A DNA stretch of 64,000 nt from Eledone cirrhosa (GCA_964016885.1 OZ024746.1:19096001-19160000), one strand, 5' to 3'. Shown: positions 37,924-51,159, counted from the stretch's first letter. Notes: generated from the sequence alone by a model not told the origin. Numbers and translations are program-made.

Positions 37924-39917
37924 TTAATCAATAGGTTGTATTCTTTGCACAGATTTCTTTAGCTCTCTGTCACCATCCAATTCTATTGTCCATCATATTC
38001 AACAGGTGAGAGGGAAAGCAGCTTATGTCATCACAAATCTACTTGATATAGGCCTTGGCTTGTCCTCTGCTAGCTCTTCCTTGTGTAGGCTCCCACAGAA
38101 ATAAACATTAGCAACAGCTACAATAATAACAAGAATAACCTTAACTATATTCATAAGAGCAGCATTTGTAACAATGATAAGACTATCAGCAACAATAAAA
38201 AACAAATAACATACCTGTTTGTTCAACAAGAGTATAACTGCCTCTGCAGAAAGAGCAAAAGTGAGTGTTTATTGACAACTACATTGTTTTGGTCTTTGGA
38301 ATAAACTGAACTGGACTGCCTACTTTGACAGACAGCCACAGGCAGCTAGTTAGCCATTCATCTAGACTACCTGGCAACACTAGTCCTGAACAAAGGAACT
38401 AAATATCTATGGGACCAAAAGGTCAACATGTGTGGTGGCATGACCTACCTATACAACCTGGGAACAAAAGTTCAAGTCAGTCTGATTGCATTCGCTACAT
38501 TGCCAACAATTCTACAAACAACTTTAATATTGAGTATGGTACTTACTACAAATAGACTCAATGTTGATAACAACCACAATAACACTAATGAAAAAATCCC
38601 TCTTGTTTTAACTATACTTGAAATCAATATTGTGTCACAAAAGCAAGAACCATCTCTCTAAGCATTAACCATTTTCCAGTTCCTAATTCAAAAGAAAACT
38701 CAATCCCAGCTAAAAGTCTTGAGGGTGAATTTTTCTTTTTCTTTAGGATCTTTGTGCAGATATCTCCCAGGGAGACGAAGTTTTGCTGAGAAGTTTGAAA
38801 ACAACAGAACTAAGAATAAATATTGTTTGCTAAAAATAATTAGATTGTTTTCATGAGATAAAGAATGAAAAATGAATAGGGCTAATCAAAGACAAATATA
38901 TGAAAGAGAAAATATTGATGTATATTCTGAAAACATAATGCCATACAGCATCACTGCTAATAGAATAAGAAGTGATGTCTTTTTTAAAATGAAAATAGTC
39001 TAACTATTATTCTATGATAGAATGCCATTCTCTTGGAAATGATGGTTAGTATCACAGGCAACAGTATATGGTTCAATAGATCCAATAAAAACCAGATGCA
39101 TGTAAACGCAGCATTATTTATTACTGGCGGCATTACATTAACTAAATTTTTACTGAATTCTGCACACCACTGAAAACAAAAGCTATGAAATAAAGATGAT
39201 AAAGAAACAAAATAGATATGGTAATTTAACAAAATAAAAAAAATACTGATAAAGGAATGAAAAATAGATAAAAAAAAAGCAGCATAATATATTATTCATG
39301 ATATATTGTTTTCAAGAAATCCATTTCTTTATTTTATATTGTTTAATAGATATAATTTATTTTTTATTATTTATTATGTCTGGGGAAGAAAGTGTTTATT
39401 AATAGTGTATAGGGTGTGTCTCATTTGAAGTACAATGAAGAAGGTTAATACAGTTAATACTCAGTGTGAAAAGGTAGCAATAGATGTTGGGTGTTTACCA
39501 GAGAAGGGATTTTCAGAATGTATAGCAATTGGTGCCAAACTTACACAAAAAAATACAGAATAGGTGGTGAAAATAAAATTTAAAAAAAAAAGGTAGATGT
39601 TAAGTAATTTTTATTGCTGATGAGATGCACCTGAGATTTTGAAAAAGTACAGCCCTAAAATTTGAAGGAAGGAAGGATAGATGGGTATATATATAATATA
39701 AAATAAAAAATTGAGCGAAGACAGGAAAATGAATGAATACAGACAGAAGTCCCATCTAATCAGTCGACTGCTAGAAATATGTTGTTTCAGTGCTTTAATA
39801 CTAGCAGAATAGCCATCGTTGCTTAGAGTCAGAAGTAGCTATAAATTGACTTGTGCACATATCTACGCTACAGTTGTGCACTCAATATAAACACATGTTT
39901 CATAAGTTCTTCTTCTT

Positions 39918-40170
39918 CTTAGTTTGGTGAGGAGGATAAGTGGAACCCCAGCAGTACAAAAAAGCCAGAGCTGTTAAAAGGGTGGGTGAACTCCTTAGAG
40001 TCAATGGCCATCTAACCCTACTATTAGTTAAATAGCCTCACCAACACAGAATAGGCCAAGTGTAGTGAGTATGACTACACTCCTGAAGACATGACCAAAA
40101 CTAAACCAAAAGCAGTGGAGGTCAACCAGGGAGGGGTTCCTCCAACAAGAGAGAGAAGGCTTTGGTGTGG
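39918..40170 (+). mobile_element. repeat fragment, probable RTE-type LINE 5' region
   Basis: Similar to 58455-58560 (ggtgaggagg...cag.ac.aaaa...ctgt.aaa...agagtcaatg.ccatc). Confidence 0.45.
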
Positions 40171-40999
40171 ATTGGATTGAACTGTCCATGACCAATGCAA
40201 TTTATTCTAACTTCTTGTATCCTAACTTAAAATCAACTTTTATCCTTCAAGAGTTTATAAATATGGTTGTCAATGGTTGTAGACTGGAGAAATTGTTAAA
40301 ATGTTGGACAGGATATGCTATTTGTTTCAGATTTGTGCATTTTGAGTTGAAATCATGTCATAGCCTACTTAGGTACCAAACCTATCCAATTGGCTATTGA
40401 GTACATTTAGCAAAATCCACTTTGCTGCAAGCATTTTACCAGTCTCCAGTTTGTAGATAACTTCCTCACTTCTTCCCTTGGAGGCCCTGAAAAGAGTCAT
40501 GACTAAATGATAAAATAAAGAGGCTGATAAGTAGTTACTGGTAAGTAGAAGCATTTCAGAGCTTTGAGAAGGATGTATTCCATTAAGATCTGTTGAGTTA
40601 TGAACTTGTATCATACTTCATGACATTAACTTCATCTCTTCTACTTTATATCCTTAGAAAATGTCATGTATTATAGTTTTCCATGAACAAGCCTGTAAAA
40701 TTTTAGAAGTACAAACTTGACTTCTACAGTTAAGAGTTATTATAGCAAGCTTTGTCATATCTTGAGAAGGAAGTTTTTGATAATGCATATTGAATGGAAA
40801 TTTTGGGTGACTGCATGAGAGACCAAAAAATAAAACTGAGGTGGAAAGACCATGTGAGAGCTGTGTCAATAGTATCTCCATACTCAGCTTATAGGAAGGA
40901 AATCATGTCATCAGGGCCTGACTATATATATATGGTTGAGTGCTTTGTGTCACATTTGCAAGTGAGAGAATGGAAGTGAGAAAGAGATATAGGGGATGA

Positions 41000-41421
41000 A
41001 TCAAGCGCAGTACTAAACATACATTTTTTTATCGACTGAGAATGGATGAAAGGCAAAGTTGACCTCGTGGGATTTCAACTCAAAGAGACGGAATGAAAAG
41101 CACAAAGTATTCTATCCAACCTCCTTACAACTCTGCCAATTCAATGCCTTATAATGACAATAACAACAACTACAACAACAATAATAATAATAATTGTTTC
41201 TACATTTGGCACAAGGCCAGCAATTACCCAGTATGTTACTGGTACTTTATTTTATCGACCCCGTAAGGATGAAAGGCAAAGTTAACCTCGGCAGGATTTG
41301 AACTCAGATTGTAAGGGGACATAACTATGCTGGAAAGCATGTCTGACCCTCTACCGATACTGCTGAACTCAGACCATAAAGGGCCATAACTCTGTGCCAC
41401 AAAGCATATTGTCTGACGCTC
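41000..41421 (-). mobile_element. two adjacent SINE copies (family A/B), the second with a partial head duplication
   Basis: The gatgaaaggcaaagtt core occurs at ~41046 and ~41268. Confidence 0.8.
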
Positions 41422-42307
41422 TAAATAATAATATAATATTATTTAGATGAACAACAACTCTTTTCACATGACAGAAACAAAAATAACTCAATGTGGGCGC
41501 AGACACCATTTGAAGTTTAAAATATATTAAGAAAGATAAAATAAGCAACTGGCAGATGGAGTAAATGAGAAACATTCTTTTGAGTTGTGCTTATGATAAC
41601 AGAAGTTGAATTTATATAGGCAAAATGTACTGATTATCTTTAATATAGCTTATAGAGTTGTAGTGAATGGGATAATAGAGCTAAAACAGCATTGTAATGG
41701 TCTGACAATTTTAAAAGTCATTTAAGTACTTACTGTCGTTAGCTTTAGACTGATATGTATCTTCAGCATTTCAAACTACCTATACTTTAATAACATGATA
41801 TTTCACAACTTTATAATAAACACACAGCGAATAGATTTATATTTATAATGACTAACATTTAAACCAATGTGGAGGAGGTGGTGGTGGTTGTGGTTGTGGC
41901 GATGGTGGCAATGGTGGCAATGGTGGTGGTGGTCGTCATGGCTGTGGAGTTGGTGGTAGTGGTCGTGGTAATAGTGGTCGTGGTAGTGGTGGAGGCAGAG
42001 GAGGAAGGGGAGGAGGTGGTGGTAGTGGTTGTGGTGGTGGTGTTACTGGTGGTAATAGTGGTGGTGGTGGAGAAGGTAGATGAGCTTGAAGATGGGGAGG
42101 TGGATGAGGCCTAGGCCGTGAAGGAGGAGAAGGACAATGAAGATAACAAGGAGAATGATGATCATAATGGACATCCATCCCATTATAATCATCTCATACT
42201 ATATTTCTGTTTATTTATTTATTTATTAATTTATGAAGATTATTAATGTGTCAATCTTTTGTGGGGTTAGGATATATCTGTGAGGCAGGCTACTGCGTCT
42301 CACTTAA

Positions 42308-42391
42308 ACACACAGACACACAGACAGACACACAGACAGACACACAGACATACACACAGACACACAGACAGACACACAGACACACAGACAC

Positions 42392-42434
<43 letters not shown>

Positions 42435-42455
42435 CACAGACACACAGACAGACAC

Positions 42456-42486
<31 letters not shown>

Positions 42487-42491
42487 CACAC
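42308..42491. repeat. (GACA/CACA)n compound microsatellite
   Basis: Directly visible. Confidence 0.95.
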
Positions 42492-42610
42492 TTTACATAA
42501 GCAACAAACTAATACTTATACAAAAAGCATCCAAAATTATTAGGATTCACATTTAATTCAATATGATGATGATGATGATGTTTTCCCAAGCAGGGAAAAG
42601 CAGACGTAAA

Positions 42611-42648
<38 letters not shown>

Positions 42649-42660
42649 ATATATATATAT

Positions 42661-44390
42661 ATCATCATCATCGTTTAACGTCTATCTTCTACGCTAGCAT
42701 GGGTTTAGACGGGAATTGTCCTACTTGAGGTAAGATTGGTCGGGTGACCTTGTCTCGCTCGTATAGGACTGTCTGGCAGGTTTTCTACGGCTGGATGCCC
42801 TTCCTAACACCAACCACGTTTACAGTGCGGACTGGGAGGTTTTTACCGTGTTACCTACACGGCCACATTACAGCGTGGACTGTGTGTTTTTTTTTTTGTC
42901 GTGACACCTACACGATGTCATTTATTTTGGACTGGATGTTGTGGTACCAACATAACTTTACAGAAAAAGGGTGGTGTTTGTAGGAGTGGGGGTGGGGTAG
43001 TGGGATGGGGTATATATTTGGTTAAGAGGTGCCTACTGACTGTAGGTTTCGCTTTGTACATAGGCAAGGCAGGTCTTCTGTATTACTGTGTAGCACCAAA
43101 GATCTCAGTCCAGTGACATTGTCTTAGAGAAGTGTAAGTGTGTAAGGTCGGAATTTATCAAATCGTCCCAGGTTTTTCTGGGTCTACCTACTCCATAACT
43201 TCCATCAATTTTGATCGCCCTGCACTTTTTTATACAACTGTCGTCTTTCATGCGCATCACGTGACCATACCAACGTAGTCTTCTCTCGAGTAAACAGCAT
43301 CTGATCCCTCTTATTCCTAATTTTTCACTTAGTTCATTTATGTTTTGCCATTCGCGTATATTACTATTACACATCCAACGGAGCATGGATGCTTCGTTCC
43401 TCTCCAGTCTGTGCAGATCTTCTGCACGCAATGCCCATGTCTCACTGCCATGTAACATTGCTATTCGTATACAGGCATCATATAATCTGCCTTTCATTTT
43501 TAGAGAGAAACCTTTAGTGGCCAATAGTGGTATAAGCTCTCTGAACTTTTTCCATCCCATTCTGACTCTAGCTACTGTACTTTCAGAGCACCCTCCACCA
43601 CTGCTGATTTTGTCACCCAGGTAATGGAAGGTGTCCACTATTTCTATAGAACCATCTGGGTAATAGAAGGAGCTAGTATCATGTGGGCACTTGCTACTTA
43701 TTGCACCTGAGCATCGGCCATTTCCCAGAGGGTACCTGTACCCTATTTTCCTTTCTACATACTAGAACTTTAGTCTTAGACAAGTTAACTTTAAGGCCTT
43801 TTGATTCTAGGCCATGCTTCAATGTTTGGAATTTCTTCTCTAGTTCAGCCATCGATTCAGCTATGAGAGTTAGATCATCTGTGTATAGAAGTTCCCATGG
43901 GCTGGTCTTGAACTCCTCTGTTATAGCCTGAAGGGCAATAATAAATAGGAGGTGGCTAAGGACAGAGCCTTGATGAACACCAACTTTTATGCTAAATTCT
44001 TCACTATATTCGTTGTTAATTCTAACCTTGCTGACTGTTTCTTTATACATGGCTTATATAGCTCTCACAAGCCATTCATCGACACCTAGTTTTCTAAGAG
44101 CCCACCAGATAATGGAGTGGGGGACTCTGTCAAAGGCTTTCTCCAATTCAACAAAAGCTAAGTAGAGGGGTTTACTTTTAGCTAGGTACTTCTCCTGTAG
44201 TTGTCGTACAAGGAAAAGAGCGTCTGTGCTACTTTTACCTGACACAAACACGAACTGCATTTCATCTAGATCAATTCGCTCTCTGATTAGTTGCACTATA
44301 ACTCTTTCTGTGACCTTCATGACCTGGTCAACCAATTTAATGCCTCTATAGTTTCCCCTATCTAGGGCATCTCCTTTACCCTTGTATATA
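42661..44390 (-). mobile_element. 5'-truncated RTE-clade LINE: disrupted RT plus ~370-bp 3' UTR
   Basis: IYKGKGD..NYRGIKL, LAFVELEKAFDRV, GVHQGSVLS, LLYTDDL, FHYLG, RLRWYGHV, GRPRKTW. The ORF continues past a CGA>TGA stop (LD*DLWCYTVIQKT) to 43033, then the 3' UTR and a (tga)n tail. Confidence 0.92.
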
Positions 44391-44430
44391 TACATATGTA
44401 TATTTAATATAGAAATGGCTTCTACGGGAA

Positions 44431-44465
44431 TAGAACTGTTTCATTCAAAGGAAATCATCAGGAAA
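44431..44465 (-). ncRNA. hammerhead-like core inside a 23-bp inverted repeat
   Basis: uuuc CUGAUGA uuuc-cuuu-gaau GAAA caguu; flanked by arms 44403-44425 and 44474-44496. A related degenerate copy lies at 45987-46036. Confidence 0.4.
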
Positions 44466-44876
44466 GTTAACCTGTAGAAGCCATTTCTATATTAAACATT
44501 TATACTCTGCTATGTATTGAGTACCCTACTTACTGTGGTTACTCCCAATTGAACCCAGGATACACACCCACACATATATATCTATCTATCTATCTATCTA
44601 TCTATAGGTGTGTGCAACCCCCATCACGTCCCCTCCCTTTTGAGGTTATTTTCGATTATTTTCATGTTACACCCTTTTTACTCGATTGTATGTAAACTTC
44701 CCCTTTGTACTTGTCCCTTCTTTTTATGCCTTTATGGTAAATAAAGAAATCTATCTATCTATCTATCTATCTATCTCTCTCTATATATATATCAGTGTGT
44801 AGTTGACAGATAAGAGAAAGAGTACTCAATATCGAAATAGAGTTTAAATATTAATTTATTAAGGCTAAATAGTGAG

Positions 44877-44927
44877 TCTTGTTATTCTGGAGTTTCACCT
44901 GCAGACTCACAGGATCATCAGACAAGA
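44877..44927 (-). ncRNA. type I hammerhead ribozyme-like motif
   Basis: ucuugu CUGAUGA u CCUG-ugagucug-CAGG u GAAA cuccagaa UA acaaga. Perfect 6-bp stem I; AATAAA ~17 nt downstream. Confidence 0.7.
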
Positions 44928-44978
44928 TCTTGGTTGATGATCCTGCTAGTGCACAATTGAAACTTGAGAGTAACAAGA
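44928..44978 (+). ncRNA. second, inverted hammerhead-like copy (degenerate)
   Basis: ucuugg UUGAUGA uccug.. GAAA cuugagag UA acaaga; mirror image of 44877-44927. Confidence 0.55.
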
Positions 44979-45273
44979 CTCACTATTTAGCCATAATAAA
45001 TGAATGAATGAATATATATATATATGGCCTCAGCTGGATGGCTGGAACAGATTAAAGAGTAAAAGAGTAATATGCATATATATATATATATATACGGCAA
45101 CACTCATCTTTTTCCATTTCTCCGAGGGTTATAAACCCCACTATCAGGCTAGAAATTTCTTTAGTCTAAAATACGGTGAAAGCTTATAATTTCTAATTTC
45201 TAATTTCAAACTCGCGCACCGTTTCAAAAATATACTTACATGTTTACGTTTATAATTTGCTTGTTTATATATA

Positions 45274-45618
45274 TCATCATTTCATTTTATCATTTCATTT
45301 TATGTCCACTTTTCCCTGCTTGCAAGGGTGGGACGGGAACTGATTTTGGCTTGATTTCTACAGCTGGATGCCCTTCCTAACACCAACCTCATTTACAGTG
45401 AGTGCTGGGTGCTTTTTTGCCGTGGCACCTCCACGACCACTTTGCAGTGGAATGATAGGGACCCCAGTCCCTATCATCTCATTTCTACAGCTGAGTAAAC
45501 TGGGGCAATGTGAAATAAAGTGTCTTGCTCAAGGAAACAACACATCACCCGGTCTGAGAATTGAACTCACAACCTTTCGATTGCAAGGCCAATGCTCTAA
45601 CCACTAAGCCATGTGCCT
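45274..45618 (-). mobile_element. full-length CORE-type SINE with RTE tail, family C1
   Basis: Minus strand: A box tggcttagtgg, B box gagttcaattc, MIR-core-like ccttgagcaagacactttatttcacattgccccagtttactcagctgtagaaatgag, RTE 3'-UTR module, and a tail matching the LINE end at 28017-28066. Confidence 0.9.
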
Positions 45619-45830
45619 CATCATCATCATTTAATGTCCATTTTCCACGCTAGCATGGGTTTGGACGGGAATTGTCCCACTTGAGGCAAGATTGGTTGTC
45701 TTGCTCAGGACTGTCTGGCGGGTTTTCTATGGCTGGATGCCCTTCCTAACACCAACCACGTTTACAGTGTGGACTGGGAGGTTTTTACCGTGTTACCTAC
45801 ACGGCCACATTACAGCGTGGACTGTGTGTT
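45619..45830 (-). mobile_element. RTE 3' UTR fragment (one 112-bp module)
   Basis: Matches 42661-42890. Confidence 0.85.
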
Positions 45831-45839
45831 TTATTGTCA

Positions 45840-45905
<66 letters not shown>

Positions 45906-46779
45906 TTTTCTGGAGGGACCAGAATGAAACCATTGTTAAATAAGGTCATTAATGCATTAATAGAGTAGAAGCATATTTCTACAGAACTAGAACTGTTTCA
46001 TTTCCTGATGATTTCATACAAATTAAATAGTTCTAGCCCTATGTGTGTGTGTGTGCATGTGCACATGTCTGTCTGTGTGTGTGTGTGTGCGTGCACATGT
46101 GTATCTGTCTGTGTGTGTGTGTGATGCATTTATACAAAAATGCAGCAACAAAGCTCAAGAAAACACACACTATCCTTAATTGTTTAACATCTAGAGTAAA
46201 CTCTGAAGTAAACACAAAGAAACAATTATGCCGACATATAAAACAATCATATGACTCATACTGGAATATGCAAACATTGTTTTGTCCCCTATCATCTCAA
46301 ATAAACAAACAAATATATAAATATATTATAATCAATAGAAAACACTGCATTGCCACTGGCAACATAATCAATACAAACTCAAACATCTACATCAAGAAAC
46401 ACATCTACATCAAGAAACACAAATGTTCCCAATAAAAACTCATCAATTGATTGCCTATGCAAATCAACTCCTCTTTAGATATAACCCATTAAAATCACCT
46501 GACAACACATACCAATGCCACCATGTATTAAAATAAATAAAGAAAAGAAAAGAAATATAGAAGAAGATTCAACTATATATTTGATCCTCCAGAAATAACA
46601 GCCAAATCTCCATCTTGAAAAAGGACTTATTAGATAATGAAGTTTTACCTATGGTCATGTCTGAAAAAAAATAGAAAGGAATGTTTTTGATCATATGTAT
46701 ATATTGTAAATTTGTATAAACAACACAACAACAAGCAGCCGAAATGGGGTTCCTTTGAAGGGTCTTTGGGTGCGTAGCT

Positions 46780-47093
46780 TGCAAATCAGAGCTTTGCTCT
46801 AGGTAGAGCCACTATTTCTCTGAATTGAAGGATGTGGTTAGAATATCTCAGGAAAGAATCACTGGACAGATTTTACATGCAAAACCAACCAGCAGGAGAT
46901 CCAGAAGTAGACCCCCATGCAAGAATGTTGGATAACATCCATTAGTTTGGCTGGTCTTGCTTGGGGATCCAGCCAGAGCAAATGGAGATGGATGCTTCTG
47001 ACAGGACCTGCTGGAAGAAGTGCTTGAGGACTCTGTCCCTACGACCCTCATAGGAGTAAGTGGGCACAAAAGAAGAGAATTAAGAGGATGGGG

Positions 47094-47100
<7 letters not shown>
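46780..47100 (+). mobile_element. Expander-like RTE LINE 3' end
   Basis: VEPLFL..., ISQERITGQILHAKPTSRRSRSRP..., WSCLGIQPEQMEMDASDRTCWKKCLRTL; followed by an (aga)n tail. Confidence 0.75.
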
Positions 47101-47125
<25 letters not shown>

Positions 47126-47269
47126 ACAAGAGTATTAATGGGCGATGGGACTGAAGGACAAAATAGACAATTTTTTCTTGTTATATAAATTGTTCATGTT
47201 ACCTAAGTTAAAAGCTGAAGACCGACATGATTTAAAATATCAAAATACATTATATAGATATAAGCAAAT

Positions 47270-47466
47270 TTCTTCCAGAGTGAAAGAATTAAAGTGAGAA
47301 AGAAATATAGAGGAAGAATCACCCCAGTACTTGACTGGTACTTTTTTTATTGACCTCAAAAAGATGAAAGGCAAAGTTGACCTTGGCAGGATTTGAACCC
47401 ATAAAATAGAGAGCTGAAACAAATACCACAAAGCATTCTATCTGATGTTCTAACGACTCTGCCAAT
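47270..47466 (-). mobile_element. SINE family B fragment
   Basis: Head and central domain plus the start of the tail. Confidence 0.75.
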
Positions 47467-47590
47467 TTGTTGTAAAGATATAAGCAATACACTTGATATA
47501 ATTGAATAGCTGATAGAAATCAATTACATGTCTCACTTCCCTTTTTAAGTAACATTAAAAAATAATTATTTCTTTGCATTATCAAGAAAA

Positions 47591-47818
47591 AAGGCAGTGG
47601 GTTGACAGTATTGGTAGAATGTGGGAACAGTTACTTTGCATATTGTTATGGCCTTTTACGTTTCAATTTCAAATCCCACCAAGGTTAGCTTTGCTTTTCA
47701 TACTTACGTGGTTGATAAATTTCATTATTATTATAAAGTACCAGTAATGCACTGGGACCGATTTAATCAACTTTCTCCTTCCCCAAAATTGCTGGCCTTG
47801 TGCCTAAATCAGAAACCA
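47591..47818 (+). mobile_element. tRNA-derived SINE, family A
   Basis: Plus-strand copy ending aattgctggccttgtgcctaaatcagaaacc. Confidence 0.8.
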
Positions 47819-48974
47819 TTATTAAGAAAAAAGAAGATGGTTTTGTGAATAGGAGAAAAGGATTAGAAATGTCTGGTGCATTTAAGAAAAAGTATATGTA
47901 ACTGAAGCTTTCTCTCTATGTAGCTGAAACTTTTAAGGATGAACTTCAGATAAGACTCTAAAATGAGAGTGGTGGATTAAATCTTTGGAGTCAATTAATT
48001 CTCTCATGGCAGCAGGTGAGTTGTCTGACATATTATTTCCTGTCTCTAACGACACCTGGATGTCAGTTTAGACACCTGTACTAAATCAGCAGCAGTAGTT
48101 TCTGTAACTCTTAACGTCCTGTACCACATGAAACCACATTAGCAAGACATTCTTGAAAAGTACAAAACATCACTATGACTGCATCACATTAAAAAATTAA
48201 AGTCTTTATTTTAGTTTACTGCAAATTTTCACAACGATCTGTTTACTAGAAAAGATACTATTAACATTCAAATTAACACACCTATTTTTAGATAGGGCCT
48301 CCATAGGTGAAATTCTGGCACTGACACACACACACACAATACATACAAGCAGACACACACTCCCATGGACATTCATCATCATCATCATCATTTAACATCC
48401 ATTTTCCATGCTTTCATGGGTTAGACAGGTTGTCAAGTTAGGAAATAAGTCAGGTCCAGAGACCACATCATGCTCATATGGATCTGTATTTTGGCTTGGT
48501 TTCTATGACTGTGTATATAATTGTATTTTTATGTCTTATTAGACATATACAAACATCTCTTCATCACAAGCCCCATCATGCTGTTGTTGTTGTTGTTGTT
48601 GTTGGATTACTATGCTGTTCAGATGCCAGAATTGTTATTCCTGTTTCCAGTAAGCTACAAAGAACAGTACAGGAATGCATCTGGCACTCACTTGCTAGTA
48701 GAACAAATAGAACTAATTACCATGCTACAGGACATATCATAATACCTGCTAATACCTGATTCAAACTCACAACTCATAAACTATCGAGAATTCTAACCTT
48801 CCAACTAATTTATTCCGCTTAAACCAATACATCACACAATGTACCAGAATCACTCATACTTGAGTAATAATTTGTTTTAGTCTACATAGCCATCTTGGTG
48901 GCCTAGTGGTAGGTATTAGAGAATGTTAGTTCCTTTGTACTGTTATCATCATCATCATCATATTATTTAGGGTT

Positions 48975-49212
48975 CAACCCGTTGGGGTTAACTTTGCCTT
49001 TCATCCTTAAGGGGTTGATAAAATAAAGTACCAGTAATGTACTGGGATAATTGCTGGCCTTGTGCCTAAAGTAGAAGCAATTTTTTTTATTATTATAAGG
49101 GCGGTGGATTGGCTCTTTACATTCTGAGTTCAAAGCTTTGCCTTTCATCCTTATGGGGTCAATAAAATAAGGCATTAATTGATTAAAGATTTAATCGACT
49201 TTCCCCTCCCCC
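48975..49212 (+). mobile_element. two SINE family A fragments
   Basis: The ctttgcctttcatcc core occurs twice. Confidence 0.75.
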
Positions 49213-49220
49213 AAAAGAAA

Positions 49221-49362
49221 ATAAGATTTATTTTTCAACATAGTCCTTGGAAAGAAACATTGCAGTTATAAATAAGAAGATTTGAAATTAATGCATGCAA
49301 AATTTCACAGCTCTAGCATCATTCCTTCATAGTCAGCCTATGAATGTTTCAGCAAACCCTCA
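49221..49362 (+). mobile_element. mariner-type MITE M1, truncated
   Basis: Right half matches 35585-35722. Confidence 0.8.
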
Positions 49363-49551
49363 TATTTAACCCTTTTAGAAGTATTATTCAGGTTGGTGGT
49401 TTACATGACACTATATAATTGTAATGAACATCTTTCATGGACCACCATTGTCCACTGGTATTAAATTGATAGATTGAAATCAATCAGGATTGTATTCAGC
49501 ACTGAAAGTCCCCAAAATATTAATCAATTTTAAGAAAATTAAGAAAATTAA

Positions 49552-49723
49552 GAAAATTCCTACCTATAAACCTACTTTCAAAATGTTCAAAACAAAGTGT
49601 TATGATGTCGTTCATGTCTTTCTTAATGTTATTGATCCTACTTAAGGTCGACTTCTAAATCATTTGGGTGTATTTTGCGAAATCCAGTGGCTTTCAATAC
49701 TCACTCAATATATATATATATGT

Positions 49724-49769
<46 letters not shown>

Positions 49770-50572
49770 ATATTTATCTCTCTATATATATATATATACA
49801 CCACCTTCACCACTAATTGATTTGACAGATGTCTTTAACCCATTGATACCAAATATTATTTGGTAGTAGATCATATATGGTTGTGTGTCTGTGTCTATAC
49901 ATCTATGTTTGCATGAATGAATAAATAATATTTTCAAAAAATATATAAGTCGAAAGAAAACAGTGCAATCAAAGTTTTGCGGGAAAAATATCTTACCTTC
50001 TCCAATAAAAAATATTATGTATTTTGCGAAATCCAGAGACTTTCAATAATGACCAGAAGTCAACCTTAAATATTACTAATAGCTTTAGGAAAGCCATGAA
50101 CGACACCACATCTTTTTTACTTTGATTTTGAAAGTAGGTTTATAATTATCAATTTTCATTTGTTGCTGTCTCGGTGGCCTAGTTGGAGGAATCATAGCCG
50201 GTTGTGATCCTGGTGTGAAGTTTGATCCTGGTCTGGAGTAGTGATCCTGGTAAACCATTTCAGTTTTTTTCTATTGGTTATAAAATAAAAACTGAAAAAG
50301 GTTACATGAACCTCTTGCCCAGGATTGAACCCAAAGACATGTTTGCCACTGTCTATAGTACCTACCACTAAGCCACAGAGACAACTATATAAATCTTATG
50401 AAAATTCCTACCTATAAACCTACTTTCAAAATTTTCTAAACAAAGTGTTATGATGTCGTTCATGTCTTTCTTAATGTTATTGATCCTACTTAAGGTCAAC
50501 TTCTAAATTTGGATGTATTTTGTGAAATCCAGTGACTTTCAATAATGACCTTTGGCCTTTCACATTCACTCA

Positions 50573-50605
<33 letters not shown>

Positions 50606-50720
50606 AGTATGTATATCCATATATATATATATATATATATACACCACCTTCACCACTAATTGATTTGACAGATGTCACCATTGATACCAAATATCATTTG
50701 CTCAGTAGTTTGTGTGTAAG

Positions 50721-50782
<62 letters not shown>

Positions 50783-50832
50783 TTGTGTGTCTGTGTCTAT
50801 TATACATGTATGTTCTCATGCATGAATGAATA
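49552..50832. repeat. local duplication (~49552-49922 and ~50400-50832) overlapping a fold-back element at 50056-50505
   Basis: Direct repeats of ~370-430 bp; 50056-50143 is a reverse-complement copy of their first ~90 bp. Confidence 0.8.
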
Positions 50833-51159
50833 CACTAAGCTTTAGATTTAGTAGAATGTACATCCACTGATTCCAGCTATTTGCACTATTGTATATTTTG
50901 GTTTCTAGTAATTCCCTGGGGAATTGGTTGACCAAATGCTTTGATTAATTGTTTTATTTATTTTTTATTTTATTTTATTCTTTCTCTTAGATTTCAGGTA
51001 TTTTTTGAAAGCAAAGCATTGCCCCTAAAATACTCCAGTGGGCCCTGCAATGCTACTGTGGGCTCTTGCAATGCTACTGTGTGCCGCCCCCTCCCCCCCT
51101 GGGGCCCACTTGCCATTGGGCAATCTGGCAACCTGGCCAGTCCGCCACTGCTTGTATGG

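Noticed and set aside
45110-45152. CUGAUAG...hairpin...GAGAAA on the minus strand
   Set aside because: The core lacks G8-A9 and the spacing does not fit a hammerhead.
46569-46700. Strong minus-strand splice acceptor (ttctatttttttcag) with a short ORF
   Set aside because: The surrounding sequence matches a dispersed SINE-like repeat (compare 1823-2003), and the peptide is unrecognisable.
50960-51000. Possible + strand micro-exon (ttctcttag|atttcag|gta)
   Set aside because: Such motifs are common by chance in T-rich DNA, and there is no supporting coding context.
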